The translations under genes and the position numbers were made by a program. From positions 25,474-89,473 of the forward strand of contig CAVOTV010000004.1 of the NCBI GenBank assembly GCA_963699435.1: a stretch of DNA of 64,000 nucleotides, written 5' to 3'. Shown here piece after piece: positions 20,556 through 32,518 of the stretch (position 1 is its first letter; the number at the start of each line of letters is the position of its first letter). Origin of the DNA: Vulcanimicrobiota bacterium (lineage in GTDB: Bacteria; Vulcanimicrobiota; Vulcanimicrobiia; Vulcanimicrobiales; Vulcanimicrobiaceae). A model generated the notes under the pieces. That model had not been told where the DNA came from and did not search any database. It saw only the letters and a list, made by a program, of their open reading frames with translations.

Positions 20556-21292
20556 GCCGCCGCGCGCTCGTCACGGGCGCGGCGGCCGGTCTTGCGGCGG
20601 GGATCGCACCCGCTTTGGCACGCGACGGCTTCGAGTGTGTCGCCATCACCTACCGCTCGACGCCGCCCGACGCCGCCCGCACCGCAATCGAAGCGGCGGG
20701 GGCCGGATCGGCGGCCGTTCGCGTGGACTTCTCCGGCGATGCAAACGTCATCGGGCGCGAACTGCACGCGTTGGTCGCGCAGCACGGACCGTTCGATACG
20801 CTGGTGCACGCGGTCGGGCCGCTCCTCGTGAAGCGATTCGCAAAAACCACGCTCGACGAATATCGCGACGTCGTCGACGGCAACCTGCGCAGCGCGGTCC
20901 TCGCGGCGCATGCGACCTTGCCGGCAATGCGCGAGCGCGCGTTCGGCCGTATCGTGTTTTTCGGCATGCCCGGCTCGAGCGAAACGCGGCCGTTTCGCGG
21001 GTTTTCGCTCTATCAGGCCGCAAAGAGCGCCGTCGTTGCGTTCGCGCGCGCGCTGGCGATCGAAGAAGCCGCCCACGGTATTACTGTTAACGTCGTTTCG
21101 CCGGGCGACATTCGGAATAAGACGCTCGATCGGGAGCGCGCGCTGCAGCGCGAAGCGCGCAATCCCCGCGGCCGGCCCGGCAGCTTCGAGGACGTTGCCG
21201 ATGCGGTGCGCTTTTTCGTAGCGCGCGAGCGCGATTTCGTCACCGGAAGTGTGTTGGAAGTGACCGGAGGCCTGCAGACCGCCGGAGAGTGA
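20552..21292 (+). CDS. Short-chain dehydrogenase/reductase (FabG-like)
   Basis: In-frame part of track ORF 20093..21292 starting at GTG 20552, which overlaps the RND stop. It carries ALVTGAAAGLAAG (cofactor loop), YQAAKSAV (YxxxK) and ITVNVVSPG. Intact. Confidence 0.8.
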   Translation: MSRRALVTGAAAGLAAGIAPALARDGFECVAITYRSTPPDAARTAIEAAGAGSAAVRVDFSGDANVIGRELHALVAQHGPFDTLVHAVGPLLVKRFAKTTLDEYRDVVDGNLRSAVLAAHATLPAMRERAFGRIVFFGMPGSSETRPFRGFSLYQAAKSAVVAFARALAIEEAAHGITVNVVSPGDIRNKTLDRERALQREARNPRGRPGSFEDVADAVRFFVARERDFVTGSVLEVTGGLQTAGE

Positions 21293-21340
21293 GCGGCACA
21301 GGACTGTTCTGCATGCGGCTCGTAAGCACCGCGGGACACG

Positions 21341-23881
21341 ATGGGCGACGATCGATCAGCATATCAGCCTTTCGCGCTGCCGGGCGCGCGTCCGCATTAC
21401 GGTCCCGACAAGTTGGTCGCGGTCGAGGAAATCGCGCTCGATCTCGTTCCCGATCTCGAACGCGAGTCGCTCGACGGCTGCTGCACCACGACGGTTCGGG
21501 CCTTTGACGAGCCCGTAACGCATCTCTCGCTCGACGCCGTCGACCTCGACGTTTCCGGCGTGGAGCACGTCGAGCCCGGCGCACCGCCCCGCGGTGCGGG
21601 GTTCGTCGTGCGCGACGGGAAGCTCGACGTGACGTTCGATCCGCCGATCGCACCCGGCGAGTCCGCGACGTTTGCGGTTACCTATCGCGTCGAGCGGCCG
21701 CGGTACGGGCTCTTTTTCGTGCGGCCGAGCGCGTCGCATCCGGAGAAAGTCGCGCACGCGTGGACGCAAAGCCAAGACGAGTTCGCCCGCTATTGGTTCC
21801 CATGCCTCGATTATCCGCACGAGAAACAGCGCAGCAGCACGACGATTACCGTGCCGAAAGGAACGTTCGCACTCAGCAACGGTGCGCTCGTGGAGCGTGC
21901 AGAACGCGACGGCAAAACCGTCTTCCGGTACCGGCAAGACGTGCCGCACAGCACGTATCTCATGACGATGGTTGCCGGTCCGTTCGTGGAGGTCGCGCAG
22001 GGGAACGCCGGCCGCAACTCCGTCCCGGTCTTCTATTACGTACTGCCCGGGCGGGAGAACGACGGCGAGCGGGCGTTCGGCAAGACGCCGCAAATGATCG
22101 CGTGCTTCGAGGAGCGGACGGGGATGCCGTATCCTTATGCGCGCTACTCGCAGATCGCCGTTTCGGATTTCATTTTCGGCGGCATGGAGAACACGTCGGC
22201 CACGACGCAAACCGACCGAACGCTTCACGACGAAACCGCGCAGCTCGATTTCTCGAGCGATCCGCTCGTCGCACACGAGCTCGCGCATCAGTGGTTCGGC
22301 GATCTCCTCACCTGCCGCGATTGGTCGCACGCGTGGCTCAACGAGGGTTTCGCAACCTTCATGGAAGCGGTCTGGCGCGAAGCCGACCTGGGGTACGACG
22401 AGTATCTCTACGACCTCTTCGAGTGCCTCAGCATCTACCTGAAGGAAGAAGCGCACCGTTACGTCGGCCGATCGTCTGCAACACGTATATCGCGCCGATC
22501 GAGATTTTCGACCGTCACCTCTACCAGAAGGGCGCGGCCGTGCTGCACATGCTGCGCGGCGAACTCGGCGATCGCCGCTTCTGGCGTTCGGTGGCGCGCT
22601 ACGTGCGCGAGAACGCGCAGCGTTCGGTCGAGACCATCGACCTCATTCGCGCGATCGAGAACGAGACGGGCCGCAACCTACGGGGCTTCTTTGCGCAATG
22701 GGTTTTTCGCGAGGGTCATCCGGCGCTGGAGATCCGCTACGCTTGGGACGGGGCGCGCAACGTCGCGACGCTGACCATCGATCAAAAGCAGGCGGTGGAC
22801 GCCGACCACCCCGTCTACGAGTTTGACGTCGACGTCGCGTTCGCCCCGAAACGCGATTCGATCGAAGGTGAGCGGCGCATCCGTGCGCACGTCGAACGCG
22901 CGCACGAAACCATCGCCGTCCCGCTCGATTTCGAGCCGCGGTTGGTGCGTTTCGATCCCGGAGCGTTTTTGCTCGCCGACGTAACGTACGCGCTCGGTGC
23001 CGACGTCGCAACCGCGGCGCTTTCTGGGCGATCCCGACGTCGTAGCGCGGATTCGTGCGGCGCGCGAGCTCGCCAAGGATTCGGGACGCACGGCGCGCGA
23101 GGCGCTCGAGCAGGCGTTTGCATCGGAGCGTTTCTGGGGCGTGCTGGTTGAAGCCGCCTATGCGGTCGGCGCGGCGCGTTCGCCATGGGGACGCGACCTG
23201 CTGATCCGCGCGCTCGCGCATGGCCATCCCAAAGTGGTCCGCGCGGCGGCCGATGCGCTCGGGAACTTCCGCGACGGCGAGGTCGCCGCGGCGCTCGAGG
23301 CGACTTCCCGCGACGCTCGCTCCTACTTCGTGCGAGCTGCGGCGCTGACGTCGCTCGGCAAGACGCGTGCCGCACGTGCCTTCGAGGTTCTCACCGCGGC
23401 CACGCGCGAGCGCACGTGGAACTCGGTCGTCGAGGCAGGCGCGTTGCGCGGTCTCGCCGAGCTCGCCGACGCTAAGGCGATGCCGCTGCTTCTCGACGCG
23501 AGCATGCCGGCGCAGCAGGAGGGAATGCGCCGCGCCGCGGTGGCCTCGCTCGCGCGGCTCGCTGCGCTGGTGGAGAGCGAGCGCACGCAGGCCGTCGACG
23601 CCATCGAGCGGCTTTTGGACGACGAGTCGTTCCTCGTTGCACTGGACGCAATTTCCGCTGCCGAATCGCTCGGCGACAAACGCCTTCTCGCCGGACTCGA
23701 TCGGGTAGCGGTGCAAGGCATCGACGGCCGCATTCGCCGGCATGCGATTGAAGCGGCAATGCGAATCAGAAAGGGAGCTAAGGTGCCGTCGCAAGTGAGG
23801 GCGATCCGCGACGATATTGATGAACTACGTGAACAGCAACGTCGGTTACAGGAGAAGATCGAGGCGCTCGCGCGTCCGTAA
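21341..23881 (+). pseudogene. pepN: M1-family aminopeptidase N with C-terminal HEAT-like repeats, 2 frame changes (near 22460 and 23010)
   Basis: ORF 21341..22774 carries FGGMENTS, HELAHQWFG and WLNEGFATF. It continues in ORF 21760..23151 (FDRHLYQKGAAVLHMLR...) and ORF 22997..23881, which has repeated VRAAAADALG / AALTSLG / LRGLAEL / AAVASLARL units. Confidence 0.85.
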
Positions 23882-25212
23882 GCGACGCGTCTTCGCCGTT
23901 GCCGCGCTCTTCGCGCTCATCGTCGTGTCGGTGCTGGTAACGCATGCGCACGCGGGCTCGAGGAGGCTTGCTTCCGGCGTTGTGCCGGAGGCTCGCTCCG
24001 TCGCGTTCCCCGAAGAGCGCACACGTGCGTCCAACCTCCGGTTTTCGTGGAGCAACGGCGAGCGCGATGCCTTAGCCAGAGCGCTGCACGGCGCGTTCGC
24101 GCCTGCGCTCACCGGGGCGCGCGGGTGGAGCGTTGCCGTCATCGATGCAGGCGGACGGACGGTCTACGACGATCGCGCCGACCGTGCCGTCGCGCCGGCT
24201 TCGGTTCAGAAGCTGGTCGTAGCGGCGACCGCGCTCGACGTGCTCGGGCCGGGCTATCGCTATCAGACGATTTTCGCCGGCGTGACGCCGTCGGCGACGA
24301 CGGCAGCCTCGACGGCAACTCTGGCTGGTCGGATCCGGCGACCCTTCGCTGAGCTCCGACGACTTTCGCAACGGCGTTGGGATGCTCGCGCGGGCCGGTT
24401 TGCGGCGTGTCGCCGGTGGGGTCGCTGTGGACGATACCGCAGTGAGCGGACCAGGCCTCAATCCGCACTGGGGGACGGACGACGACGGGCAAGATTATGC
24501 CGCCCCGACTAGCGCGATCTCGCTCGACGGCGATACCGTCGAGACGACCCAGGATGTCGGCGGAGTAGAGCAGCGTTTCTGGACTCCGATGCAGGACGTG
24601 GCGCGTTATGTTGCCGGGCGGCTGAATGGGATGCTCGTCGCACGGGGAATCCCGCTCGCCATGCCGCCGACGATTGCCGCCGCGCCGCTTGATAGCGTGG
24701 TCCTTTGGGATCACCGCTCCGCGCCGCTGCGGACGCTTGAGAGTCACATGCTCTTCGTTTCCGACAACCACTACGCCGAGCAGTTGTTGCGAACGGTCGG
24801 GGAGCGTGCCGCAGGCGACGGCGACGATGCGGCCGGAATTGCCGCCGAACGGCGATTTCTTGAGAGCCGAGGAATTCCGGCTCCGGGACTGCACCTGTAT
24901 GACGGCAGCGGATTGTCGCCGCAGAATCGAATCGCCGCGGCGACCGTAGCGAGGCTGCTCGCCGATCGCGAGCCGGAGCTTTACGGTTTGTTGCCGCTCG
25001 GAGGTCGCCAAGGCACCTTGGAGGGTTACGACTTCACGACCGCGCTTGGGCGCGTTCGCGCGAAGAGCGGGCACATCTCCGACGTTTGCGCACTTGCGGG
25101 GTACGTGAAGACGCAGCACGGCCGCGTCGCCTTTGCTTTTCTCATCAACGGCTCGCCCGGCGATCCCGATGCCGCGATCGTACGCGCGGTCGATCGCCTC
25201 GCGGCGTTTTGA
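23817..25212 (+). pseudogene. dacB: D-alanyl-D-alanine carboxypeptidase/endopeptidase (PBP4, S13 family), 2 frame changes (near 24285 and 24320); start uncertain
   Basis: TM/signal VFAVAALFALIVVSVLV, SxxK motif PASVQKLV, LWLVGSGDPSL, SxN motif VSDNHYAE, KxG motif RAKSGHI and FAFLING, across ORFs 23817..24512, 24047..24352 and 24382..25212. Confidence 0.8.
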
Positions 25213-25228
25213 GCGGACGGACACGCCG

Positions 25229-26642
25229 ATGATCGACGAATCGTTGCTCTCGCGACTGATCTCGCGCGCGTTGCGCCGCGGCGCCGAGTTTGCCGACGTT
25301 TTTTGCGAGCGGCGCCGCACGCCGTCGCCTACCGCCTTCAAGACGGCCGGATCCACGACAGTTCGTATGCCGTGACGCTAGGCGTCGGCATTCGCGTCGT
25401 CGTCGGCGAGTCGGCGGGGTACGCGTACTCCGACGATCTGAGCTGAAGAAGCGCTGTTTGCTGCGGCCGATGCGGCTTCGCTCGTCGCGCGCACGCGCTC
25501 CCGACGGCGGCGTGCGCGCGTCGACTTGCGTTGCGAATGAGCTTCCGTCGTTCTACGATCGCGATCGCGAGCGGTCGGTCGAAGCGGCGCGATACGTAGC
25601 GATGCTGGAACGCGGCGACGTCGCCGCGCGCGCGTTACGATCCGCGCATCGTCGCCGTCAACGCGCACGTCACGCGACGAACTGCAAGAAGTATGGATCG
25701 CGAACAGCGATGGGCGGTTCGTTCCGGATTGCCGTCCGCTCATGGTCACGCTCGGCGTTCAAGCGGTCGCGAGCGACGAAGTCCGAGCGCGGATCCGGCT
25801 ACGTCGGCGACGGCGGCCGTACGTCGATGACGTATTTTCGACGCGCAAACGCCGGAATGCGCTGGCGAGCGAAGCCGCGCGCATCGCGACCGTGAATGTT
25901 GCAGCCGTTCCCGCGCCTGCCGGCGAGATGGAGATGATCGTCGGCGCCGGCGGCGGCGGCGTGCTGCTGCACGAAGCGGTCGGGCACGGGCTGGAGAGCG
26001 ATTTCAATCGCCGCGGTACGTCGCTCTATAGCGGTCGCGTCGGCGAGCGGGTCGCAAGCGAACTGGTGACGATTTACGACGACGGCAACATCCCCGAGGA
26101 GCGCGGCACGCTCAACGTCGACGACGAGGGCGGTCGCCGGGCCAGCATAAAGTGCTCGTGGAGAACGGCGTCTTGCGCGGCTACATGCAGGATACGCTCA
26201 ACGCGCGCCTGATGGGCGTCGAATCGACCGGCAGCGGACGGCGGCAATCGTTCCGTTTCTTCCGCAGCCGCGCATGTGCAACACGTACATGCCGGCGCGG
26301 CGAATCGAACTGTCGACGAAATCGTCGCGTCGACCGAGCGCGGCATCTACGCGAAATCGTTTGCCGGCGGCCAAGTCGAGATCGCCAAGGGCGACTTCGT
26401 CTTTATGGTCGGCGAAGGCTATCTGATCGAAAATGGCAAGATCACCGCGCCGGTGACGAACGCGACGATCGTCGGCAACGGGCCCGAAGCGATGACGAAG
26501 GTCGTCGCGGTCGGCAACGATCCGCGCTTCGCGCGGCGTCATTACACCTGCGGGAAGGGCGGCCAGCACGTTCCGGTCGGCGTCGGCATGCCGACGGTAA
26601 AGATTTCGTCGATCACGGTCGGAGGCACCGCAGCATGGATGA
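25229..26642 (+). pseudogene. tldD: Metalloprotease TldD, about 5 frame changes
   Basis: [106 protein letters not shown] and [14 protein letters not shown] lie in alternating frames. The gene is followed by pmbA. Confidence 0.85.
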
Positions 26643-27992
26643 AGACAGCCGCATCGAGGTCGCGCGGCAAGCGCGTGGTCGATGGCGCGCGACGCCGGCG
26701 GCGCGAGCGCGCCGAGGCCACGGTATCGATCGCGCGCCGGTTCAAGGCCGAAGCGCGCGACGACGTGGTTCGCGAAGCTCGAGCGCATCGACCGGAAAAG
26801 CCTTTTCACTGCGCGTCTTCCGCGACGGGCGAAAGGCGACGCTCTCGACGTCGGATATTTCACCGAAGGCGGACTGCGCGAGGCGGTTACGCGCGCGGTC
26901 GCACACGCAGACCTACGTCGCGCGACGATGAATTGCCGGCCTTCCCGATGCCTCTGCGGCGACCGATGGCTCGGAGCTCGTCTCTACGATCCGGGGCATC
27001 GCCAAGCGCGACGGCGACGAGAAAGTCGAGGATGCGCTGGAGCTCGAGCGCCTGATTCGCGCTGCCGATCCGCGCATTGCAAACTCGAGCGGGTCGCACT
27101 ACACCGACGCCAGTTCGGCGTCACGGCGATGGCGAACTCGGCGGGATTTTCGGCGGTCGTACGCCTGGACGCGCGCGGGCCGCTCGACCGGGCCGGTCGC
27201 GCTCGACGGCGAGGTACAAGCGAATCGCGCACTACGGCACGGCGGCGCGCTATTTCGAGCGAACTCGAAGGGCTCGAAGCGGTCGCGACGACACGCGGTG
27301 CGTCGCGCCGTCGATCTGTTCGGCGCGCGCAAGCCGCCGACGATGCGCGTTCCGGTGATCTTCGAACGCGACATTGCGGCGGTCGCTGCTCGACGACGTC
27401 TTCGCCGCGGTTTCGGCCGCCAACGTCGCCGTCGGGCAACTCGTGGTTGATCGGACGCATCGGCGATCGCATCGGCAGCGAGCCGTGACGATCGTCGACG
27501 ACGGACGCATGCCCGGGCGGCTCGGCAGTTCGCCGTTCGACGGCGAAGGCGTGGCGACGCGGCGGACGGCGGTCTTCGAGCGCGGGCACGCTGCGACTCG
27601 TTTCTCTACGATACCTACTACGCGCGCAAATTCGGGTGCCGCCAGCACCGGGAACTCGACCGGCGGCGGCATCGGGCCGAACAACTTTTATCTCGAACCG
27701 GGCACGCGTCTCGCTCGAGGAGCTGATAGCCGCGACGCCGCGCGGCGTGCTGGTGCTCGACACCATCGGATTTGCAACCGAGCACGCCTCCGGCACGTAT
27801 AGCCGCGGCGCACGCGGTTTTTTCATCGAGAACGGCGAACTCGCCTATCCGATCGATGAGTTCACGATTGCGGGGCAGTTTCACGGACATGCTTGCGCGG
27901 CATCGATGCGGTCGCCAACGACCTGCGTTTCGACGGGTCCCGTCGTATCGCCGTCGTTCCGGGTCGCCGAGATGACGGTCAGCGGGAACTAG
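26635..27992 (+). pseudogene. pmbA: Metalloprotease PmbA/TldE, about 6 frame changes
   Basis: ATG 26635 ([13 protein letters not shown]...), [120 protein letters not shown] and RVAEMTVSGN. The stop is TAG 27990..27992. Confidence 0.85.
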
Positions 27993-28006
27993 AAAGTGAA
28001 CATGAC

Positions 28007-29461
28007 GTGCCGCAGCCCGCGATCAGTTTTTCGCTCGTCATGCGCATCGATATGCCGAACGAGCCGGGCGCGTTCGGCTCGCTTGCCAACGCGATCGGCG
28101 ACGCGGGCGGAGCGATCGGCGCGGTCGACATGCATACGGTCGACCGAAGGCGCGCGTCGTGCGCGACGTCACGATCGGCGTCCCGTCGGACGCGGTCGCG
28201 AACGAGGTTCGCAAGGCCGTCGAGAGCATCGACGGCGCGCGCATCGTCTTAGCGCGTCGGACTCGACGTTTCTCGCGCACCTCGGCGGCAAGATTCGCAT
28301 CGACGCCGAAGATTCCGGTCAAGACGCCGGCAAGATCTCTCGACCGTCTACACGCCCGGCGTCGCGCGCGTCTCGATGGCGATCGCCGCCGACCCGAGCA
28401 AGGCGTTCCAACTGACGATCAAGCGCAACAGCGTCGCGGTCGTCACCGACGGCACGGCCGTGCTCGGCCTGGGCGATATCGGGCCGCTCGGCGCGCTGCC
28501 GGTGATGGAAGGCAAGGCGATGCTCTTCCGGCAGTTCGCCGACATCGACGCGTTTCCGATCTGTCTCGATACCAAAGACGTCGACGAAATCGTCGAAACG
28601 GTCGTCCGGATCGCGCCGGTCTTCGGCGGCATCAATCTCGAAGATATCAGCGCGCCGCGCTGCTTCGAAGTTGAAGAGCGGCTGATCGAGGCGCTGGACA
28701 TTCCGGTGATGCACGACGATCAGCACGGGACCGCCGTGGTCATCCTGGCGGCCCTCATCAACGCGGCACGCGTCGTCAACAAGCGGCTCGAGGACATGCA
28801 GGTCGTCGTCTCGGGCAGCGGCGCGGCCGGTACCGCGACGATCAAGATGCTGCTTGGGTGCCGGCGTCGCGCGACGTGATTCCGGTCGACCGGGGCGGCG
28901 CGCTGAACCGCGACCGACCGCTACGAGAACTCCGCACTGGCGCTGGCTGGCCGAGCACTGCAATCGGGAGAACCGGCCGCGGCTCGCTGCGCGACGTGCT
29001 TCGCCGGCGTCGGACGTCTTTCATCGGCGTCTCGGCGCCGGGCATCCTGCAGCCGCAGCACATCGCCGCATGGCGCGCGATCCGATCGTCTTCGCGATGG
29101 CCAACCCGACTCCGGAGATCATGCCCGACGTCGCCGCGCCTGTCGCGGCGGTCATCGCGACCGGGCGCTCGGATTTTCCCAATCAGGTCAACAACTTGCT
29201 GGCGTTCCCGGGCATCTTCCGCGGCGCGCTCGACGTGCGCGCGCGGCGCATCACCGAAAGGATGAAGCTCGCGGCCGCGTTTGCAATCGCCGAGATCGTC
29301 ACGAGGACGAGCGGAGTCCCGAGTACATCATTCCCAGCGTCTTCGACACGCGCGTCGTCGACGCGGTCGCTAAGGCCGTCGCCGCTGCCGCAACGGAAGA
29401 AGGCGTCGCGCGGCGCATCCCGCCGATCAATGAAGGCGAGGGCTTCGGCGCCGACGGCTGA
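28007..29461 (+). pseudogene. NAD(P)-dependent malic enzyme with N-terminal ACT-like domain, about 5 frame changes
   Basis: ACT-like SFSLVMRIDMPNEPGAFGSLANAIGDAGGAIGAVD is followed by [108 protein letters not shown] and [23 protein letters not shown]. The stop is TGA 29459..29461. Confidence 0.85.
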
Positions 29462-30902
29462 CGGGCTCACGCTCGATCAGCGCGATCCGCGCCCGCTGTA
29501 CGTTCAGCTCGCCGATCGGATCGTCGAGGCGATCGAGCGCGGAGAGTACGCGCCGGGAGAACGGCTTCCAGCCATCCGCGAACTCGCGCGCCGGCTCGAC
29601 TGCGCGCTGGTAACGGTATCGCAGGCGTACGAACTGCTCGCGGCGCGAGGCCGCGCCGCGGCACGACCCGGCAAGGGAACGTTTGTAGCGGCGCCCCCGG
29701 CGAGGGGCGAGCCTTTCGCGCGCCGCTGGGAGCCCGACGTGGGACGGTTCGCTCGCGGCTCGCGTCTCGAAGGCGTTATGGAACGCTTGACGGAGGCCTC
29801 GGAACCCGGGGCGATATCGCTTGCATCGGGCCACCCCGCGCCGGAAACGTTTCCGCTGCACGATTTTGCGCGCGCGTTTCACCGAACGCTGCTCGACGAT
29901 TCGGCCGAGTCGATGCAGTATCGCTCCTCCACCGGCGATCCCGACCTCTGCGAGAAGCTTGCCGAGCTGCTGCGGGGACGCGAGTGCGCGGCCGCGGCGG
30001 CCGACGTCATCGTCTGTTCGGGTGCGCAGCAGGCCGCCGACATCGTGGCGACGGTGCTGTTGGACGAGCGCAGCGTGGTCGCAAGCGAGAGTCCGACGTA
30101 TTGGGGAAGCCTCGGCGTCTTCGACGCACGCGGCGTAACCTACGTCGAGGTGCGCGGCGACGAGGACGGCGTGCGCGCCGACGACGTCGAGCGCGTCTTT
30201 TCCGAGTACCGCCCGCGACTGTTTTACGTCAATCCAATCGCGCAGAATCCCACCGGTGCCGTGCTGCCGGCTCGCCGCGCGAAACAGATCGTCGCGATGG
30301 CTCGCCGCTACGACGTCGTCGTGCTCGAGGATCAGACCGGATGGCAGCTCACTTACGACGCGCCGGCACCGCCGCCGCTAGCGGCACACGATACGGACGG
30401 GCGCGTCATAGCGATGGAGAGTCTGTCGAAGTCGATCTTTCCGGCGCTGCGCATTGGATATCTCTACGCAAAAGGCGGTATCGCGCAGGCGCTCGAGGCG
30501 GCGAAGATTCGTGCCGACGTCTTCACGTCGACGCTGACGCAACGCGCGCTCTGGCGCTTCATGGAAAGCCCGGCGTGCGCGCGCCACTTTCGCTCGGCGC
30601 GCGCGCTCTATCGGCGGCGTCGAGATGCGTTCGTCGGCGCGCTGGCAGAGGCTCTGCCGTGGGCGAACGTTGCGGCGCCGGGAGCCGGGGTCAACGTCTG
30701 GCTTTCATTGCCGCCGCGTATCTCGACGCGCGCGGCGTTCGACGCGTGCGCGCGTGAGGGCGTGCTCGTGATGCCGGCCGAACCGTTCTACCCCACGCGC
30801 AGCGGACCGCCGGCGCTGAGGCTATCGTTCGGACATCTCCCGGAAGAGGAAGCTCGCGAAGGCGCGGTTCGGCTCGGACGCGCGCTAGGACGACTGCACT
30901 AA
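29430..30902 (+). CDS. MocR/PdxR-type transcriptional regulator (GntR wHTH fused to a class I aminotransferase-like domain)
   Basis: In-frame tail of track ORF 28854..30902 from ATG 29430. The wHTH is [49 protein letters not shown] and the PLP-lysine context is [17 protein letters not shown]. Intact 490 aa. Confidence 0.85.
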   Translation: MKARASAPTADGLTLDQRDPRPLYVQLADRIVEAIERGEYAPGERLPAIRELARRLDCALVTVSQAYELLAARGRAAARPGKGTFVAAPPARGEPFARRWEPDVGRFARGSRLEGVMERLTEASEPGAISLASGHPAPETFPLHDFARAFHRTLLDDSAESMQYRSSTGDPDLCEKLAELLRGRECAAAAADVIVCSGAQQAADIVATVLLDERSVVASESPTYWGSLGVFDARGVTYVEVRGDEDGVRADDVERVFSEYRPRLFYVNPIAQNPTGAVLPARRAKQIVAMARRYDVVVLEDQTGWQLTYDAPAPPPLAAHDTDGRVIAMESLSKSIFPALRIGYLYAKGGIAQALEAAKIRADVFTSTLTQRALWRFMESPACARHFRSARALYRRRRDAFVGALAEALPWANVAAPGAGVNVWLSLPPRISTRAAFDACAREGVLVMPAEPFYPTRSGPPALRLSFGHLPEEEAREGAVRLGRALGRLH

Positions 30903-31395
30903 AGAACGGCGCGAGCGGAGCGCGTATTCTTCGGTTCGTATCCGCCAGGAGAGCAGTGCTGCGTTGAGGATCGAAGAAGACGATCGCATATTCGACGGCG
31001 CCGAAGGCGAGCGGCAGAACGAGGATCTCGGCGCAGACGATCGCGTAGTTCGGATGGCGCACGAGCCGGTACGGACCGCGGCGCACCACGGGCGCCCCGG
31101 GGAGCGTCACGATGCGCGTCGTCCAGTACGGCCCGAGCGACGCGATCGTCCAGACTCGGATCGGCTGCAATGCGGCGTAGAGTCCCAGCAACCACCAGTT
31201 CGGCATCGTGGACGGGGCAACGACGAAGACCATTCCGATCAGCCATGCGGCGTGGAGCAGCACGAAGAACGGATGCTGTATCCGGGCTACCTCGACGGCG
31301 CCGCGCGCGAGAAGACGGCGCGTATTTCGCGCCGAGTACGCGAGCTCGACAAGACGCTGCAGCGCGACGAGAGCGAGCACCGGGTAGAGGTACAT
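30885..31395 (-). pseudogene. Isoprenylcysteine carboxyl methyltransferase (ICMT/PEMT)-family membrane methyltransferase, 1 frame change near 30975
   Basis: From ATG 31395: MYLYPVLALVALQRLVEL..., TM-rich, RRGPYRLVRHPNYAIVCAEILVLPLAFG. After a 1-nt correction the tail reads SILNAALLSWRIRTEEYAL. It starts 5 nt after the stop of the type III PKS. Confidence 0.75.
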
Positions 31396-31400
31396 TCGCC

Positions 31401-32453
31401 CTAATCGTTTTCGAGCAGCGTGAAACCGGCAGTGAATCCCGGACCGAGCGCGCAGACGAGCCCGCGGTTCCACGGCGTGGCGCCGCCGAGCATCCGTTCG
31501 AGGACGAACATGACCGTGGCGGCCGACATATTGCCGTACTCGCGAAGCACGTCGCGCGCCGCGTCCAGCGAGCCCGCCGGCACCTCGAAGGCCGACTCCA
31601 GTGCGTCGAGCACTTTCGCGCCGCCCGGATGGCAGATGAAAACGTCCACGTCGCGCAGCTCGAGCCCGTGGTTCCGCAAGAACTCGACGACGACGCCGTT
31701 GAGCTGCGTGGTGACCAGTTCCGGAATATCGCGCGAGAAGATCGCCTTGAAACCCTCGCCGGTGACTTCCCATCCCATCACGTCGAGCGAATCCGGCCAC
31801 GTGAACTCACCGTCGGCCACGACGCGCGCGCCTTTGCCTTCGGTGGAAAGCAGCGCCGCTGCGGCGCCGTCGCCGAAGAGCGCGGTTGCCACGATGTTGC
31901 TTTTAGAAAAATCGTCGCGTCGGAAGCAGAGCGCGCACAACTCGACGACGACGAAGAGCACGAGCGATCCAGGCATCGCTCTAGCGAGCGAAGCGGCGCG
32001 CGCCAAGCCGATGGTGCCGCCGGCACAGCCGAGACCGAAGATCGGCAATCGGCGCACGGTCGCGCCGCAACCGCATGCGCTCCATCAGCAGCGCATCGAG
32101 GCTCGGCGTTGCGATTCCGGTTGTGGAAACGCGACGATCGCGTCGATCTCGTCCGGCGTCTCGCCCGGCGCGCTGGAGCGCGTCGCGTGTCGCCGCTCCA
32201 GCAGACTCGACGGCCGATTCGAGATAGACTCGCGTTGCGTTCGGGCCAACCGTGCAGCTCTTCGTACCACTCGATCGGAACGCACGAATAGCGGCGCTCG
32301 ATGCCCGTATTGCCGAACATGGGAAGCAGCCGAACGATTTCGCGGGAGCGCGGGCCGAGCGCATCAATCGATTCGCCGCATCACTTCGGCTCTGGCCAAG
32401 CGCGTATGGCGGAACGGCCGTAGCAACCGCGAGGATACGCGCATCCGCACTCA
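31401..32453 (-). pseudogene. Type III polyketide synthase (chalcone synthase-like), about 4-5 frame changes in the N-terminal third
   Basis: ORF 31401..32057 carries PIFGLGCAGG (Cys), FICHPGGAKVL (His), EYGNMSAATVMFVL (Asn) and GPGFTAG. N-terminal fragments are ILAVATAVPPYALGQS (GTG 32453), LLPMFGNTGIERRY, ERNATYLESAVE and TPDEIDAIV..STTGIATPSLDA. Confidence 0.85.
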
Positions 32454-32518
32454 CCCCAACGACGTTCCGCCCCGCCGGCAGGGTCCCCGCGACTCGCGAT
32501 TGGTAATGGCATCCTCCC

